A stretch of 64,000 nucleotides of DNA from Phaeosaccion multiseriatum. Lineage: Eukaryota; Protista; Ochrophyta, other classes. Where the stretch lies: NCBI GenBank assembly GCA_965112735.1, contig OZ218951.1, positions 3,720,001 to 3,784,000 on the forward strand, given 5' to 3'. Positions 24,501 to 38,073 of this stretch are shown here, piece by piece. Each line of letters opens with the position of its first letter. Within the stretch, counting starts at the first letter, position 1. Both the position numbers and the translations under genes were made by a program. The notes below the pieces were generated by a model. It worked only from the letters and a program-made list of their open reading frames with translations, searched no databases and was not told the origin of the DNA.

Positions 24501-25826
24501 CAGGCATGTTGTGTGCATCAATGGCTCCGTTCAGGCTGCTTGGGCCTCGCAAATGCCCACTTTTCCCTCAGCGAAGGGCCAGATTGGGGGTTTTGAGGCC
24601 ATGCTGGGTCCCATTTGGCGCCGTCACGGTCAGTGATTGCCTCGGTCAGGCTGTTTGAGCTTGGTCAGTGCCTCGCGCAGGCATGTTGTGTGCATCAATG
24701 GCTCCGTTCAGGCTGCTTGGGCCCCGCAAATGCCCACTTCTCTCTTAGCGAAGGGCCAGATTGGGGGTTTTGAGGCCATGCTGGGTCCCATTTGGCGCCG
24801 TCACGGTCAGTGATTGCCTCGGTGAGGCTGTTTGAGCTTGGTCAGTGCCTCGCGCAGGCATGTTGTGTGCATCAATGGCTCCGTCGAGGCTGCTTGGGCC
24901 CCGCAAATGCCCACTTCTCCCTCAGCGAAGGGCCAGATTGGGGGTTTTGAGGCCATGCTTGGTCCCATTTGGCGCCGTCACGGTCAGTGATTGCCTCGGT
25001 GAGGCTGTTTGAGCTTGGTCAGTGCCTCGCGCAGGCATGTTGTGTGCATCAATGGCTCCGTTCAGGCTGCTTGGGCCCCGCAAATGCCCACTTCTCCCTC
25101 AGCGAAGGGCCAGATTGGGGGTTTTGGGGCCATGCTTGGTCCCATTTGGCGCCGTCACGGTCAGTGATTGCCTCGCTCAAGCTGCTCGAGCTTGGTCAGT
25201 GCCTCGCGCAGGCATGTTGTGTGCATCAATGGCTCCGTTCAGGCTGCTTGGGCCCCGCAAATGCCCACTTCTCCCTCAGCGAAGGGCCAGATTGGGGGTT
25301 TTGAGGCCATGCTTGGTCCCATTTGGCGCCGTCACGGTCAGTGATTGCCTCGGTGAGGCTGTTTGAGCTTGGTCAGTGCCTCGCGCAGGCATGTTGTGTG
25401 CATCAATGGCTCCGTTCAGGCTGCTTGGGCCCCGCAAATGCCCACTTCTCTCTCAGCGAAGGGCCAGATTGGGGGTTTTGAGGCCATGCTTGGTCCCATT
25501 TGGCGCCGTCACGGTCAGTGATTGCCTCGGTGAGGCTGTTTGAGCTTGGTCAGTGCCTCGCGCAGGCATGTTGTGTGCATCAATGGCTCCGTTCAGGCTG
25601 CTTGGGCCCCGCAAATGCCCACTTCTCCCTCAGCGAAGGGCCAGATTGGGGGTTTTGAGGCCATGCTTAGTCCCACTTGACGCCGTCACGGTCAGTGATT
25701 GCCTCGCTCAAGCTGCTCGAGCTCTCCCAGTGCCTCGCGCAGGCATGTTGTGTGCATCAATGGCTCCGTCGAGGCTGCTTGGGCCCCGCAAATGCCCACT
25801 TCTCCCTCAGCGAAGGGCCAGATTGG
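15523..25826 (+). repeat. 177-bp satellite, segment 2 (~58 monomers)
   Basis: Same periodic monomer. Confidence 0.99.
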
Positions 25827-27409
25827 TTCTCGCAGTCGTTGCGCTCCATCAAAACTGGGTACCCATTGAGAGGCCTCGCTCCTCCACATTCAGTCGTCGC
25901 CAATGCTGGGGGATAAACTTTTCATTAAGAGTGCAGTCCTAAGAAGGACTCACCTCGAGGCACACAGTGTCCCTGGGGTGTCGCTCCCCTGACGGGGGCG
26001 AGCACGGGCCTTTGGGGGCAGCGGTTCAGAGGAACCGCTCATCCCCCATTCACCCAAAGTCCTCAGGGCGCTGCCGTGTCTGCATGCAGCATGCGCCCTG
26101 CCCAGCCAAGAGCCTCCTCCACCGTACGGTGCGCGTACTGAAAGGCTGTCGCCGACGCCCACCTGCCCCAGAACTGCAGGAGTCGCCAGTCAGCGCCGCT
26201 TGCCGCCAATGCCGTAGCCCCACCGCTCCGCAGGGAGTGGGACGAGATGCGTACTGGATCCCTACCAATCTGCTGAGCTCCCCTCTTCAGTGCCTTGCTG
26301 ACTTGGTGGGAGGTGACGCACTTCCTCCTCCCCGACTCGTCCACATAGGAGGAAAGGAGGGCACTACCCCCTGCTGCCTCCCGCTCCTGCTCCGGTCGGC
26401 GGTAGTGGCAGCGCACCGCCTCCAGGGCAGCCTCCACTGGACACAAGTCGACGACCCCCGTCCGCTCGTGTGTCCGCACTTCTCCTCTCCTGAAGGTGTC
26501 CGTCTTGCTACCAGTGAAGACGAGAGTGACGCGGCACAGCTCCACTCCTTCCTCGATCGCGGCAAGCGCCTCTTGTCCAGTGTAGCTCCGGCTCGCTCTA
26601 TCTGCGAAGGTAACATCGTGATGAGTGAGAATGTAGTCTTCATCTGTCCCTCCACTCACACTGTTCGGGGCGAACTCGCTCACTCGCATGAGAAAGAACC
26701 ACCCCAGGAGGATGAGGGCCCCTAACATGTGCCCTCTCTCCCCCTCCCCTCGCAGCTCCCGTCTGGTGCTGCGAAGAATGTCCACGTCTACTGGCAGCTG
26801 CTGTACGCTGTCTCCGTCCTCCAGCCTGTAGCTCCGAAGGAGCAGGTGGACCTGCCTCCCGACTGCAGGCCCCTTGAGCCCCTCCCGCGAGAAGAGGTCA
26901 TTCACCCCTGGGCCCTTGCCCCTCAGAGTGGCCGCACCGTTGCCCCTCTCCTCTCGGCACCACGCTATGAACGCCATGAATACCTCCGCATTGCGAGGGT
27001 CGTCATCTCCAAACAGTAACACGGGAACGCCTGCTAGACCGCAGAAGTCAGTCCACTGACGCTGGACCGTCGCGTAGCGACGAACGGTTGCAGGCCTGAG
27101 ACCGCTCGCTGCGGCTCCCCACGCAAGGTTGCGAAAACGGCGTCCATAATCGTTGAGTTGGGCTCCAGCTGTTGCCACTCCGTCAGCGGCTGAAACATGG
27201 GAGAGATGGGAGAAAGGTGGTCAGTACCGATGAGATAATCGAGGGAGTAGCGGCTGAGGCCGTCGGGGATGATGTTCTTCGCCCCTTCGACGTGCTCGAC
27301 GTTGAGGCTGCACTGCGCTCCGATCTCCAAAAGGCCCACCAGTCCTGCCAGACCATTGGAAATGTCACTGTTGGCCGCTCCCTGGTGCTCAATCCACGAG
27401 AGGGAGCTG
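25827..27409 (-). mobile_element. YR retroelement copy 2; its 5' half is deleted at the palindromic insert
   Basis: Matches copy 1 at offset 13447 up to GAGAGGGAGCTG. Confidence 0.93.
26063..27178 (-). CDS. Tyrosine recombinase, copy 2 (intact)
   Basis: Translation identical to 12616..13731. Confidence 0.93.
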   Translation of the reverse strand: MATAGAQLNDYGRRFRNLAWGAAASGLRPATVRRYATVQRQWTDFCGLAGVPVLLFGDDDPRNAEVFMAFIAWCREERGNGAATLRGKGPGVNDLFSREGLKGPAVGRQVHLLLRSYRLEDGDSVQQLPVDVDILRSTRRELRGEGERGHMLGALILLGWFFLMRVSEFAPNSVSGGTDEDYILTHHDVTFADRASRSYTGQEALAAIEEGVELCRVTLVFTGSKTDTFRRGEVRTHERTGVVDLCPVEAALEAVRCHYRRPEQEREAAGGSALLSSYVDESGRRKCVTSHQVSKALKRGAQQIGRDPVRISSHSLRSGGATALAASGADWRLLQFWGRWASATAFQYAHRTVEEALGWAGRMLHADTAAP

Positions 27410-27668
27410 TGATTCAGACCGGGAGGTACCAGTCTAGCAAAAGCACGACTTCTAACAAGCCCTAATGCTAGAAGTCGAACCCCCCCCCCCCCACCGCACA
27501 TAGTGGAGAGAAGTAACTCGCAGTCTGGGAATCAGACTAATGGGTGCCAGCCGGTACCAGTTTTCGCCGAAAAACACACTTTTTTCACAAGCTACAGCCA
27601 GGATTCGAACTCGCAATGGCCTTGTTAGAAGTCGTGCTTTTGCTAGACTGGTACCTACCCTCTGAATT
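27410..27668. mobile_element. Single unit of the palindrome/core element (MITE-like, ~47-bp inverted ends)
   Basis: ATTCAGACCGGGAGGTACCAGTCTAGCAAAAGCACGACTTCTAACAAG...CTTGTTAGAAGTCGTGCTTTTGCTAGACTGGTACCTACCCTCTGAAT. Confidence 0.75.
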
Positions 27669-30600
27669 TTGGGGCCATGCTTGGTCCCATTTGGCGCCGT
27701 CACGGTCAGTGATTGCCTCGGTGAGGCTGTTTGAGCTTGGTCAGTGCCTCGCGCAGGCATGTTGTGTGCATCAATGGCTCCGTTCAGGCTGCTTGGGCCC
27801 CGCAAATGCCCACTTCTCCCTCAGCGAAGGGCCAGATTGGGGGTTTTGAGGCCATGCTTGGTCCCATTTGGCGCCGTCACGGTCAGTGATTGCCTCGGTG
27901 AGGCTGTTTGAGCTTGGTCAGTGCCTCGCGCAGGCATGTTGTGTGCATCAATGGCTCCGTTCAGGCTGCTTGGGCCCCGCAAATGCCCACTTCTCCCTCA
28001 GCGAAGGGCCAGATTGGGGGTTTTGAGGCCATGCTTGGTCCCATTTGGCGCCGTCACGGTCAGTGATCGCCTCGGTCAGGCTGTTTGAGTTTGGTCAGTG
28101 CTTCGCGCGGGCATGTTGTGTGCATCAATGGCTCCGTTCAGGCTGCTTGGGCCCCGCAAATGCCCACTTCTCCCTCAGCGAAGGGCCAGATTGGGGGTTT
28201 TGAGGCCATGCTTGGTCCCATTTGGCGCCGTCACGGTCAGTGATTGCCTCGGTGAGGCTGTTTGAGCTTGGTCAGTGCCTCGCGCAGGCATGTTGTGTGC
28301 ATCAATGGCTCCGTTCAGGCTGCTTGGGCCCCGCAAATGCCCACTTCTCCCTCAGCGAAGGGCCAGATTGGGGGTTTTGAGGCCATGCTTAGTCCCACTT
28401 GACGCCGTCACGGTCAGTGATTGCCTCGCTCAAGCTGCTCGAGCTCTCCCAGTGCCTCGCGCAGGCATTTTGTGTGCATCAATGGCTCCGTCGAGGCTGC
28501 TTGGGCCCCGCAAATGCCCACTTCTCCCTCAGCGAAGGGCCAGATGGGGGGTTTTGAGGCCATGCTTAGTCCGATTTGGCGCAGTCACGGTCAGTGATTG
28601 CCTCGGTCAGGCTGTTTGAGCTTGGTCAGTGCCTCGCGCAGGCATGTTGTGTGCATCAATGGCTCCGTCGAGGCTGCTTGGGCCCCGCAAATGCGCACTT
28701 CTCCCTCAGCGAAGGGCCAGATGGGGGGTTTTGAGGCCATGCTTAGTCCCACTTGACGCCGTCACGGTCAGTGATTGCCTCAGTGAGGCTGTTTGAGCTT
28801 GGTCAGTGCCTCGCGCAGGCATGTTGTGTGCATCAATGGCTCCGTTCAGGCTGCTTGGGCCCCGCAAATGCCCACTTCTCCCTCAGCGAAGGGCCAGATT
28901 GGGGGTTTTGAGGCCATGCTTAGTCCCACTTGACGCCGTCACGGTCAGTGATTGCCTCGCTCAAGCTGCCCGAGCTCTCCCAGTGCCTCGCGCAGGCATG
29001 TTGTGTGCATCAATGGCTCCGTCGAGGCTGCTTGGGCCCCGCAAATGCGCACTTCTCCCTCAGCGAAGGGCCAGATTGGGGGTTTTGAGGCCATGCTTAG
29101 TCCGATTTGGCGCAGTCACGGTCAGTGATTGCCTCGGTCAGGCTGTTTGAGCTTGGTCAGTGCTCGAGCTCTCCCAGTGCCTCGCGCAGGCATGTTGTGT
29201 GCATCAATGGCTCCGTCGAGGCTGCTTGGGCCCCGCAAATGCGCACTTCTCCCTCAGCGAAGGGCCAGATGGGGGGTTTTGAGGCCATGCTTAGTCCCAC
29301 TTGACGCCGTCACGGTCAGTGATTGCCTCGGTGAGGCTGTTTGAGCTTGGTCAGTGCCTCGCGCAGGCATGTTGTGTGCATCAATGGCTCCGTTCAGGCT
29401 GCTTGGGCCCCGCAAATGCCCACTTCTCCCTCAGCGAAGGGCCAGATGGGGGGTTTTGGGGCCATGCTTGGTCCCATTTGGCGCCGTCACGGTCAGTGAT
29501 TGCCTCGGTGAGGCTGTTTGAGCTTGGTCAGTGCCTCGCGCAGGCATGTTGTGTGCATCAATGGCTCCGTTCAGGCTGCTTGGGCCCCGCAAATGCCCAC
29601 TTCTCCCTCAGCGAAGGGCCAGATTGGGGGTTTTGAGGCCATGCTTGGTCCGATTTGGCGCCGTCACGGTCAGTGATTGCCTCGGTGAGGCTGTTTGAGC
29701 TTGGTCAGTGCCTCGCGCAGGCATGTTGTGTGCATCAATGGCTCCGTTCAGGCTGCTTGGGCCCCGCAAATGCCCACTTCTCCCTCAGCGAAGGGCCAGA
29801 TTGGGGGTTTTGAGGCCATGCTTGGTCCGATTTGGCGCCGTCACGGTCAGTGATTGCCTCGGTGAGGCTGTTTGAGCTTGGTCAGTGCCTCGCGCAGGCA
29901 TGTTGTGTGCATCAATGGCTCCGTTCAGGCTGCTTGGGCCCCGCAAATGCCCACTTCTCCCTCAGCGAAGGGCCAGATGGGGGGTTTTGAGGCCATGCTG
30001 GGTCCCATTTGGCGCCGTCACGGTCAGTGATTGCCTCGGTGAGGCTGTTTGAACTTGGTCAGTGCCTCGCGCAGGCATGTTGTGTGCATCAATGGCTCCG
30101 TTCAGGCTGCTTGGGCCCCGCAAATGCCCACTTCTCTCTCAGCGAAGGGCCAGATTGGGGGTTTTGAGGCCATGCTTGGTCCCATTTGGCGCCGTCACGG
30201 TCAGTGATTGCCTCGGTGAGGCTGTTTGAGCTTGGTCAGTGCCTCGCGCAGGCATGTTGTGTGCATCAATGGCTCCGTTCAGGCTGCTTGGGCCCCGCAA
30301 ATGCCCACTTCTCCCTCAGCGAAGGGCCAGATTGGGGGTTTTGAGGCCATGCTTAGTCCCACTTGACGCCGTCACGGTCAGTGATTGCCTCGGTGAGGCT
30401 GTTTGAGCTTGGTCAGTGCCTCGCGCAGGCATGTTGTGTGCATCAATGGCTCCGTCGAGGCTGCTTGGGCCCCGCAAATGCCCACTTCTCCCTCAGCAAA
30501 GGGCCAGATTGGGGGTTTTGCATGAGGCCATGCTTAGTCCCATTTGACGCCGTCACGGTCAGTGATTGCCTCGCTCAAGCTGCTCGAGCTCTCCCAGTGC

Positions 30601-33600
30601 CTCGCGCAGGCATGTTGTGTGCATCAATGGCTCCGTTCAGGCTGCTTGGGCCCCGCAAATGCCCACTTCTCCCTCAGCGAAGGGCCAGATTGGGGGTTTT
30701 GAGGCCATGCTTGGTCCCACTTGACGCCGTCACGGTCAGTGATTGCCTCAGTGAGGCTGTTTGAGCTTGGTCAGTGCCTCGCGCAGGCATGTTGTGTGCA
30801 TCAATGGCTCCGTCGAGGCTGCTTGGGCCCCGCAAATGCGCACTTCTCCCTCAGCGAAGGGCCAGATGGGGGGTTTTGAGGCCATGCTTAGTCCCACTTG
30901 ACGCCGTCACGGTCAGTGATTGCCTCGGTGAGGCTGTTTGAGCTTGGTCAGTGCCTCGCGCAGGCATGTTGTGTGCATCAATGGCTCCGTTCAGGCTGCT
31001 TGGGCCCCGCAAATGCCCACTTCTCCCTCAGCGAAGGGCCAGATGGGGGGTTTTGGGGCCATGCTTGGTCCCATTTGGCGCCGTCACGGTCAGTGATTGC
31101 CTCGGTGAGGCTGTTTGAGCTTGGTCAGTGCCTCGCGCAGGCATGTTGTGTGCATCAATGGCTCCGTTCAGGCTGCTTGGGCCCCGCAAATGCCCACTTC
31201 TCCCTCAGCGAAGGGCCAGATTGGGGGTTTTGAGGCCATGCTTGGTCCGATTTGGCGCCGTCACGGTCAGTGATTGCCTCGGTGAGGCTGTTTGAGCTTG
31301 GTCAGTGCCTCGCGCAGGCATGTTGTGTGCATCAATGGCTCCGTTCAGGCTGCTTGGGCCCCGCAAATGCCCACTTCTCCCTCAGCGAAGGGCCAGATGG
31401 GGGGTTTTGAGGCCATGCTGGGTCCCATTTGGCGCCGTCACGGTCAGTGATTGCCTCGGTGAGGCTGTTTGAGCTTGGTAAGTGCCTCGCGCAGGCATGT
31501 TGTGTGCATCAATGGCTCCGTCGGGGCTGTTTGGGCCCCGCAAATGCCCACTTCTCTCTCAGCGAAGGGCCAGATTGGGGGTTTTGAGGCCATGCTTGGT
31601 CTTATTTGGCGCCGTCACGGTCAGTGATTGCCTCGGTGAGGCTGTTTGAGCTTGGTCAGTGCCTCGCGCAGGCATGTTGTGTGCATCAATGGCTCCGTTC
31701 AGGCTGCTTGGGCCCCGCAAATGCCCACTTCTCCCTCAGCGAAGGGCCAGATTGGGGGTTTTGAGGCCATGCTTAGTCCCACTTGACGCCGTCACGGTCA
31801 GTGATTGCCTCGGTCAGGCTGTTTGAGCTTGGTCAGTGCCTCGCGCAGGCATGTTGTGTGCATCAATGGCTCCGTCGAGGCTGCTTGGGCCCCGCAAATG
31901 CCCACTTCTCCCTCAGCAAAGGGCCAGATTGGGGGTTTTGCATGAGGCCATGCTTAGTCCCATTTGACGCCGTCACGGTCAGTGATTGCCTCGCTCAAGC
32001 TGCTCGAGCTCTCCCAGTGCCTCGCGCAGGCATGTTGTGTGCATCAATGGCTCCGTTCAGGCTGCTTGGGCCCCGCAAATGCCCACTTCTCCCTCAGCGA
32101 AGGGCCAGATTGGGGGTTTTGAGGCCATGCTTGGTCCCACTTGACGCCGTCACGGTCAGTGATTGCCTCAGTGAGGCTGTTTGAGCTTGGTCAGTGCCTC
32201 GCGCAGGCATGTTGTGTGCATCAATGGCTCCGTCGAGGCTGCTTGGGCCCCGCAAATGCGCACTTCTCCCTCAGCGAAGGGCCAGATGGGGGGTTTTGAG
32301 GCCATGCTTAGTCCCACTTGACGCCGTCACGGTCAGTGATTGCCTCGGTGAGGCTGTTTGAGCTTGGTCAGTGCCTCGCGCAGGCATGTTGTGTGCATCA
32401 ATGGCTCCGTCGAGGCTGCTTGGGCCCCGCAAATGCCCACTTCTCTCTCAGCGAAGGGCCAGATTGGGGGTTTTGAGGCCATGCTTGGTCTTATTTGGCG
32501 CCGTCACGGTCAGTGATTGCCTCGGTGAGGCTGTTTGAGCTTGGTCAGTGCCTCGCGCAGGCATGTTGTGTGCATCAATGGCTCTGTTCAGGCTGCTTGG
32601 GCCCCGCAAATGCCCACTTCTCCCTCAGCGAAGGGCCAGATTGGGGGTTTTGAGGCCATGCTTAGTCCCACTTGACGCCGTCACGGTCAGTGATTGCCTC
32701 GGTCAGGCTGTTTGAGCTTGGTCAGTGCCTCGCGCAGGCATGTTGTGTGCATCAATGGCTCCGTCGAGGCTGCTTGGGCCCCGCAAATGCCCACTTCTCT
32801 CTCAGCGAAGGGCCAGATTGGGGGTTTTGAGGCCATGCTTGGTCTTATTTGGCGCCGTCACGGTCAGTGATTGCCTCGGTGAGGCTGTTTGAGCTTGGTC
32901 AGTGCCTCGCGCAGGCATGTTGTGTGCATCAATGGCTCCGTCGAGGCTGCTTGGGCCCCGCAAATGCCCACTTCTCCCTCAGCAAAGGGCCAGATGGGGG
33001 GTTTTGCATGAGGCCATGCTTAGTCCCATTTGACGCCGTCACGGTCAGTGATTGCCTCGCTCAAGCTGCTCGAGCTCTCCCAGTGCCTCGCGCAGGCATG
33101 TTGTGTGCATCAATGGCTCCGTTCAGGCTGCTTGGGCCCCGCAAATGCCCACTTCTCCCTCAGCGAAGGGCCAGATTGGGGGTTTTGAGGCCATGCTTAG
33201 TCCCACTTGACGCCGTCACGGTCAGTGATTGCCTCAGTGAGGCTATTTGAGCTTGGTCAGTGCCTCGCGCAGGCATGTTGTGTGCATCAATGGCTCCGTC
33301 GAGGCTGCTTGGGCCCCGCAAATGCGCACTTCTCCCTCAGCGAAGGGCCAGATGGGGGGTTTTGAGGCCATGCTTAGTCCCACTTGACGCCGTCACGGTC
33401 AGTGATTGCCTCGGTGAGGCTGTTTGAGCTTGGTCAGTGCCTCGCGCAGGCATGTTGTGTGCATCAATGGCTCCGTCGAGGCTGCTTGGGCCCCGCAAAT
33501 GCCCACTTCTCTCTCAGCGAAGGGCCAGATTGGGGGTTTTGAGGCCATGCTTGGTCTTATTTGGCGCCGTCACGGTCAGTGATTGCCTCGGTGAGGCTGT

Positions 33601-36600
33601 TTGAGCTTGGTCAGTGCCTCGCGCAGGCATGTTGTGTGCATCAATGGCTCCGTTCAGGCTGCTTGGGCCCCGCAAATGCCCACTTCTCCCTCAGCGAAGG
33701 GCCAGATTGGGGGTTTTGAGGCCATGCTTGGTCCGATTTGGCGCCGTCACGGTCAGTGATTGCCTCGGTGAGGCTGTTTGAGCTTGGTCAGTGCCTCGCG
33801 CAGGCATGTTGTGTGCATCAATGGCTCCGTTCAGGCTGCTTGGGCCCCGCAAATGCCCACTTCTCCCTCAGCGAAGGGCCAGATTGGGGGTTTTGAGGCC
33901 ATGCTTGGTCCGATTTGGCGCCGTCACGGTCAGTGATTGCCTCGGTGAGGCTGTTTGAGCTTGGTCAGTGCCTCGCGCAGGCATGTTGTGTGCATCAATG
34001 GCTCCGTTCAGGCTGCTTGGGCCCCGCAAATGCCCACTTCTCCCTCAGCAAAGGGCCAGATGGGGGGTTTTGCATGAGGCCATGCTTAGTCCCATTTGAC
34101 GCCGTCACGGTCAGTGATTGCCTCGCTCAAGCTGCTCGAGCTCTCCCAGTGCCTCGCGCAGGCATGTTGTGTGCATCAATGGCTCCGTTCAGGCTGCTTG
34201 GGCGCCGCAAATGCCCACTTCTCCCTCAGCGAAGGGCCAGATGGGGGGTTTTGAGGCCATGCTGGGTCCCATTTGGCGCCGTCACGGTCAGTGATTGCCT
34301 CGGTGAGGCTGTTTGAGCTTGGTAAGTGCCTCGCGCAGGCATGTTGTGTGCATCAATGGCTCCGTTCAGGCTGCTTGGGCCCCGCAAATGCCCACTTCTC
34401 CCTCAGCGAAGGGCCAGATGGGGGGTTTTGAGGCCATGCTGGGTCCCATTTGGCGCCGTCACGGTCAGTGATTGCCTCGGTGAGGCTGTTTGAGCTTGGT
34501 CAGTGCCTCGCGCAGGCATGTTGTGTGCATCAATGGCTCCGTTCAGGCTGCTTGGCCCCCGCAAATGCCCACTTCTCCCTCAGCGAAGGGCCAGATTGGG
34601 GGTTTTGAGGCCATGCTGGGTCCCATTTGGCGCCGTCACGGTCAGTGATTGCCTCGGTCAGGCTGTTTGAGCTCTCCCAGTGCCTCGCGCAGGCATGTTG
34701 TGTGCATCAATGGCTCCGTCGAGGCTGCTTGGGCCCCGCAAATGCCCACTTCTCCCTCAGCGAAGGGCCAGATTGGGGGTTTTGAGGCCATGCTGGGTCC
34801 CATTTGGCGCCGTCACGGTCAGTGATTGCCTCGGTGAGGCTGTTTGAGCTTGGTCAGTGCCTCGCACAGGCATGTTGTGTGCATCAATGGCTCCGTTCAG
34901 GCTGCTTGGGCCCCGCAAATGCCCACTTCTCCCTCAGCGAAGGGCCAGATTGGGGGTTTTGAGGCCATGCTTAGTCCCACTTGGCGCCGTCACGGTCAGT
35001 GATTGCCTCGGTGAGGCTGTTTGAGCTTGGTCAGTGCCTCGCGCAGGCATGTTGTGTGCATCAATGGCTCCGTTCCGGCTGCTTGGGCCCCGCAAATGCC
35101 CACTTCTCCCTCAGCGAAGGGCCAGATTGGGGGTTTTGAGGCCATGCTGGGTCCCATTTGGCGCCGTCACGGTCAGTGATTGCCTCGGTGAGGCTGTTTG
35201 AGCTTGGTCAGTGCCTCGCGCAGGCATGTTGTGTGCATCAATGGCTCCGTTCAGGCTGCTTGGGCCCCGCAAATGCCCACTTCTCCCTCAGCGAAGGGCC
35301 AGATTGGGGGTTTTGAGGCCATGCTTAGTCCCATTTGGCGCCGTCACGGTCAGTGATTGCCTCGGTGAGGCTGTTTGAGCTTGGTCAGTGCCTCGCGCAG
35401 GCATGTTGTGTGCATCAATGGCTCCGTTCAGGCTGCTTGGGCCTCGCAAATGCCCACTTTTCCCTCAGCGAAGGGCCAGATTGGGGGTTTTGAGGCCATG
35501 CTGGGTCCCATTTGGCGCCGTCACGGTCAGTGATTGCCTCGGTCAGGCTGTTTGAGCTTGGTCAGTGCCTCGCGCAGGCATGTTGTGTGCATCAATGGCT
35601 CCGTTCAGGCTGCTTGGGCCCCGCAAATGCCCACTTCTCTCTTAGCGAAGGGCCAGATTGGGGGTTTTGAGGCCATGCTGGGTCCCATTTGGCGCCGTCA
35701 CGGTCAGTGATTGCCTCGGTGAGGCTGTTTGAGCTTGGTCAGTGCCTCGCGCAGGCATGTTGTGTGCATCAATGGCTCCGTCGAGGCTGCTTGGGCCCCG
35801 CAAATGCCCACTTCTCCCTCAGCGAAGGGCCAGATTGGGGGTTTTGAGGCCATGCTTGGTCCCATTTGGCGCCGTCACGGTCAGTGATTGCCTCGGTGAG
35901 GCTGTTTGAGCTTGGTCAGTGCCTCGCGCAGGCATGTTGTGTGCATCAATGGCTCCGTTCAGGCTGCTTGGGCCCCGCAAATGCCCACTTCTCCCTCAGC
36001 GAAGGGCCAGATTGGGGGTTTTGGGGCCATGCTTGGTCCCATTTGGCGCCGTCACGGTCAGTGATTGCCTCGCTCAAGCTGCTCGAGCTTGGTCAGTGCC
36101 TCGCGCAGGCATGTTGTGTGCATCAATGGCTCCGTTCAGGCTGCTTGGGCCCCGCAAATGCCCACTTCTCCCTCAGCGAAGGGCCAGATTGGGGGTTTTG
36201 AGGCCATGCTTGGTCCCATTTGGCGCCGTCACGGTCAGTGATTGCCTCGGTGAGGCTGTTTGAGCTTGGTCAGTGCCTCGCGCAGGCATGTTGTGTGCAT
36301 CAATGGCTCCGTTCAGGCTGCTTGGGCCCCGCAAATGCCCACTTCTCTCTCAGCGAAGGGCCAGATTGGGGGTTTTGAGGCCATGCTTGGTCCCATTTGG
36401 CGCCGTCACGGTCAGTGATTGCCTCGGTGAGGCTGTTTGAGCTTGGTCAGTGCCTCGCGCAGGCATGTTGTGTGCATCAATGGCTCCGTTCAGGCTGCTT
36501 GGGCCCCGCAAATGCCCACTTCTCCCTCAGCGAAGGGCCAGATTGGGGGTTTTGAGGCCATGCTTAGTCCCACTTGACGCCGTCACGGTCAGTGATTGCC

Positions 36601-36723
36601 TCGCTCAAGCTGCTCGAGCTCTCCCAGTGCCTCGCGCAGGCATGTTGTGTGCATCAATGGCTCCGTCGAGGCTGCTTGGGCCCCGCAAATGCCCACTTCT
36701 CCCTCAGCGAAGGGCCAGATTGG
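27667..36723 (+). repeat. 177-bp satellite, segment 3
   Basis: Same monomer; variant order follows segment 2 at offset ~10897. Confidence 0.99.
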
Positions 36724-36959
36724 TTCTCGCAGTCGTTGCGCTCCATCAAAACTGGGTACCCATTGAGAGGCCTCGCTCCTCCACATTCAGTCGTCGCCAA
36801 TGCTGGGGGATAAACTTTTCATTAAGAGTGCAGTCCTAAGAAGGACTCACCTCGAGGCACACAGTGTCCCTGGGGTGTCGCTCCCCTGACGGGGGCGAGC
36901 ACGGGCCTTTGGGGGCAGCGGTTCAGAGGAACCGCTCATCCCCCATTCACCCAAAGTCC

Positions 36960-38073
36960 TCAGGGCGCTGCCGTGTCTGCATGCAGCATGCGCCCTGCCC
37001 AGCCAAGAGCCTCCTCCACCGTACGGTGCGCGTACTGAAAGGCTGTCGCCGACGCCCACCTGCCCCAGAACTGCAGGAGTCGCCAGTCAGCGCCGCTTGC
37101 CGCCAATGCCGTAGCCCCACCGCTCCGCAGGGAGTGGGACGAGATGCGTACTGGATCCCTACCAATCTGCTGAGCTCCCCTCTTCAGTGCCTTGCTGACT
37201 TGGTGGGAGGTGACGCACTTCCTCCTCCCCGACTCGTCCACATAGGAGGAAAGGAGGGCACTACCCCCTGCTGCCTCCCGCTCCTGCTCCGGTCGGCGGT
37301 AGTGGCAGCGCACCGCCTCCAGGGCAGCCTCCACTGGACACAAGTCGACGACCCCCGTCCGCTCGTGTGTCCGCACTTCTCCTCTCCTGAAGGTGTCCGT
37401 CTTGCTACCAGTGAAGACGAGAGTGACGCGGCACAGCTCCACTCCTTCCTCGATCGCGGCAAGCGCCTCTTGTCCAGTGTAGCTCCGGCTCGCTCTATCT
37501 GCGAAGGTAACATCGTGATGAGTGAGAATGTAGTCTTCATCTGTCCCTCCACTCACACTGTTCGGGGCGAACTCGCTCACTCGCATGAGAAAGAACCACC
37601 CCAGGAGGATGAGGGCCCCTAACATGTGCCCTCTCTCCCTCCCCTCGCAGCTCCCGTCTGGTGCTGCGAAGAATGTCCACGTCTACTGGCAGCTGCTGTA
37701 CGCTGTCTCCGTCCTCCAGCCTGTAGCTCCGAAGGAGCAGGTGGACCTGCCTCCCGACTGCAGGCCCCTTGAGCCCCTCCCGCGAGAAGAGGTCATTCAC
37801 CCCTGGGCCCTTGCCCCTCAGAGTGGCCGCACCGTTGCCCCTCTCCTCTCGGCACCACGCTATGAACGCCATGAATACCTCCGCATTGCGAGGGTCGTCA
37901 TCTCCAAACAGTAACACGGGAACGCCTGCTAGACCGCAGAAGTCAGTCCACTGACGCTGGACCGTCGCGTAGCGACGAACGGTTGCAGGCCTGAGACCGC
38001 TCGCTGCGGCTCCCCACGCAAGGTTGCGAAAACGGCGTCCATAATCGTTGAGTTGGGCTCCAGCTGTTGCCAC
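36960..38073 (-). pseudogene. Tyrosine recombinase, copy 3, frameshifted by a 2-bp loss in a C-run near 37638 (could be a sequencing error)
   Basis: Split into ORFs 36960..37625 and 37537..38073; CTCTCTCCCTCCCC here versus CTCTCTCCCCCTCCCC in copies 1 and 2. Confidence 0.8.
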
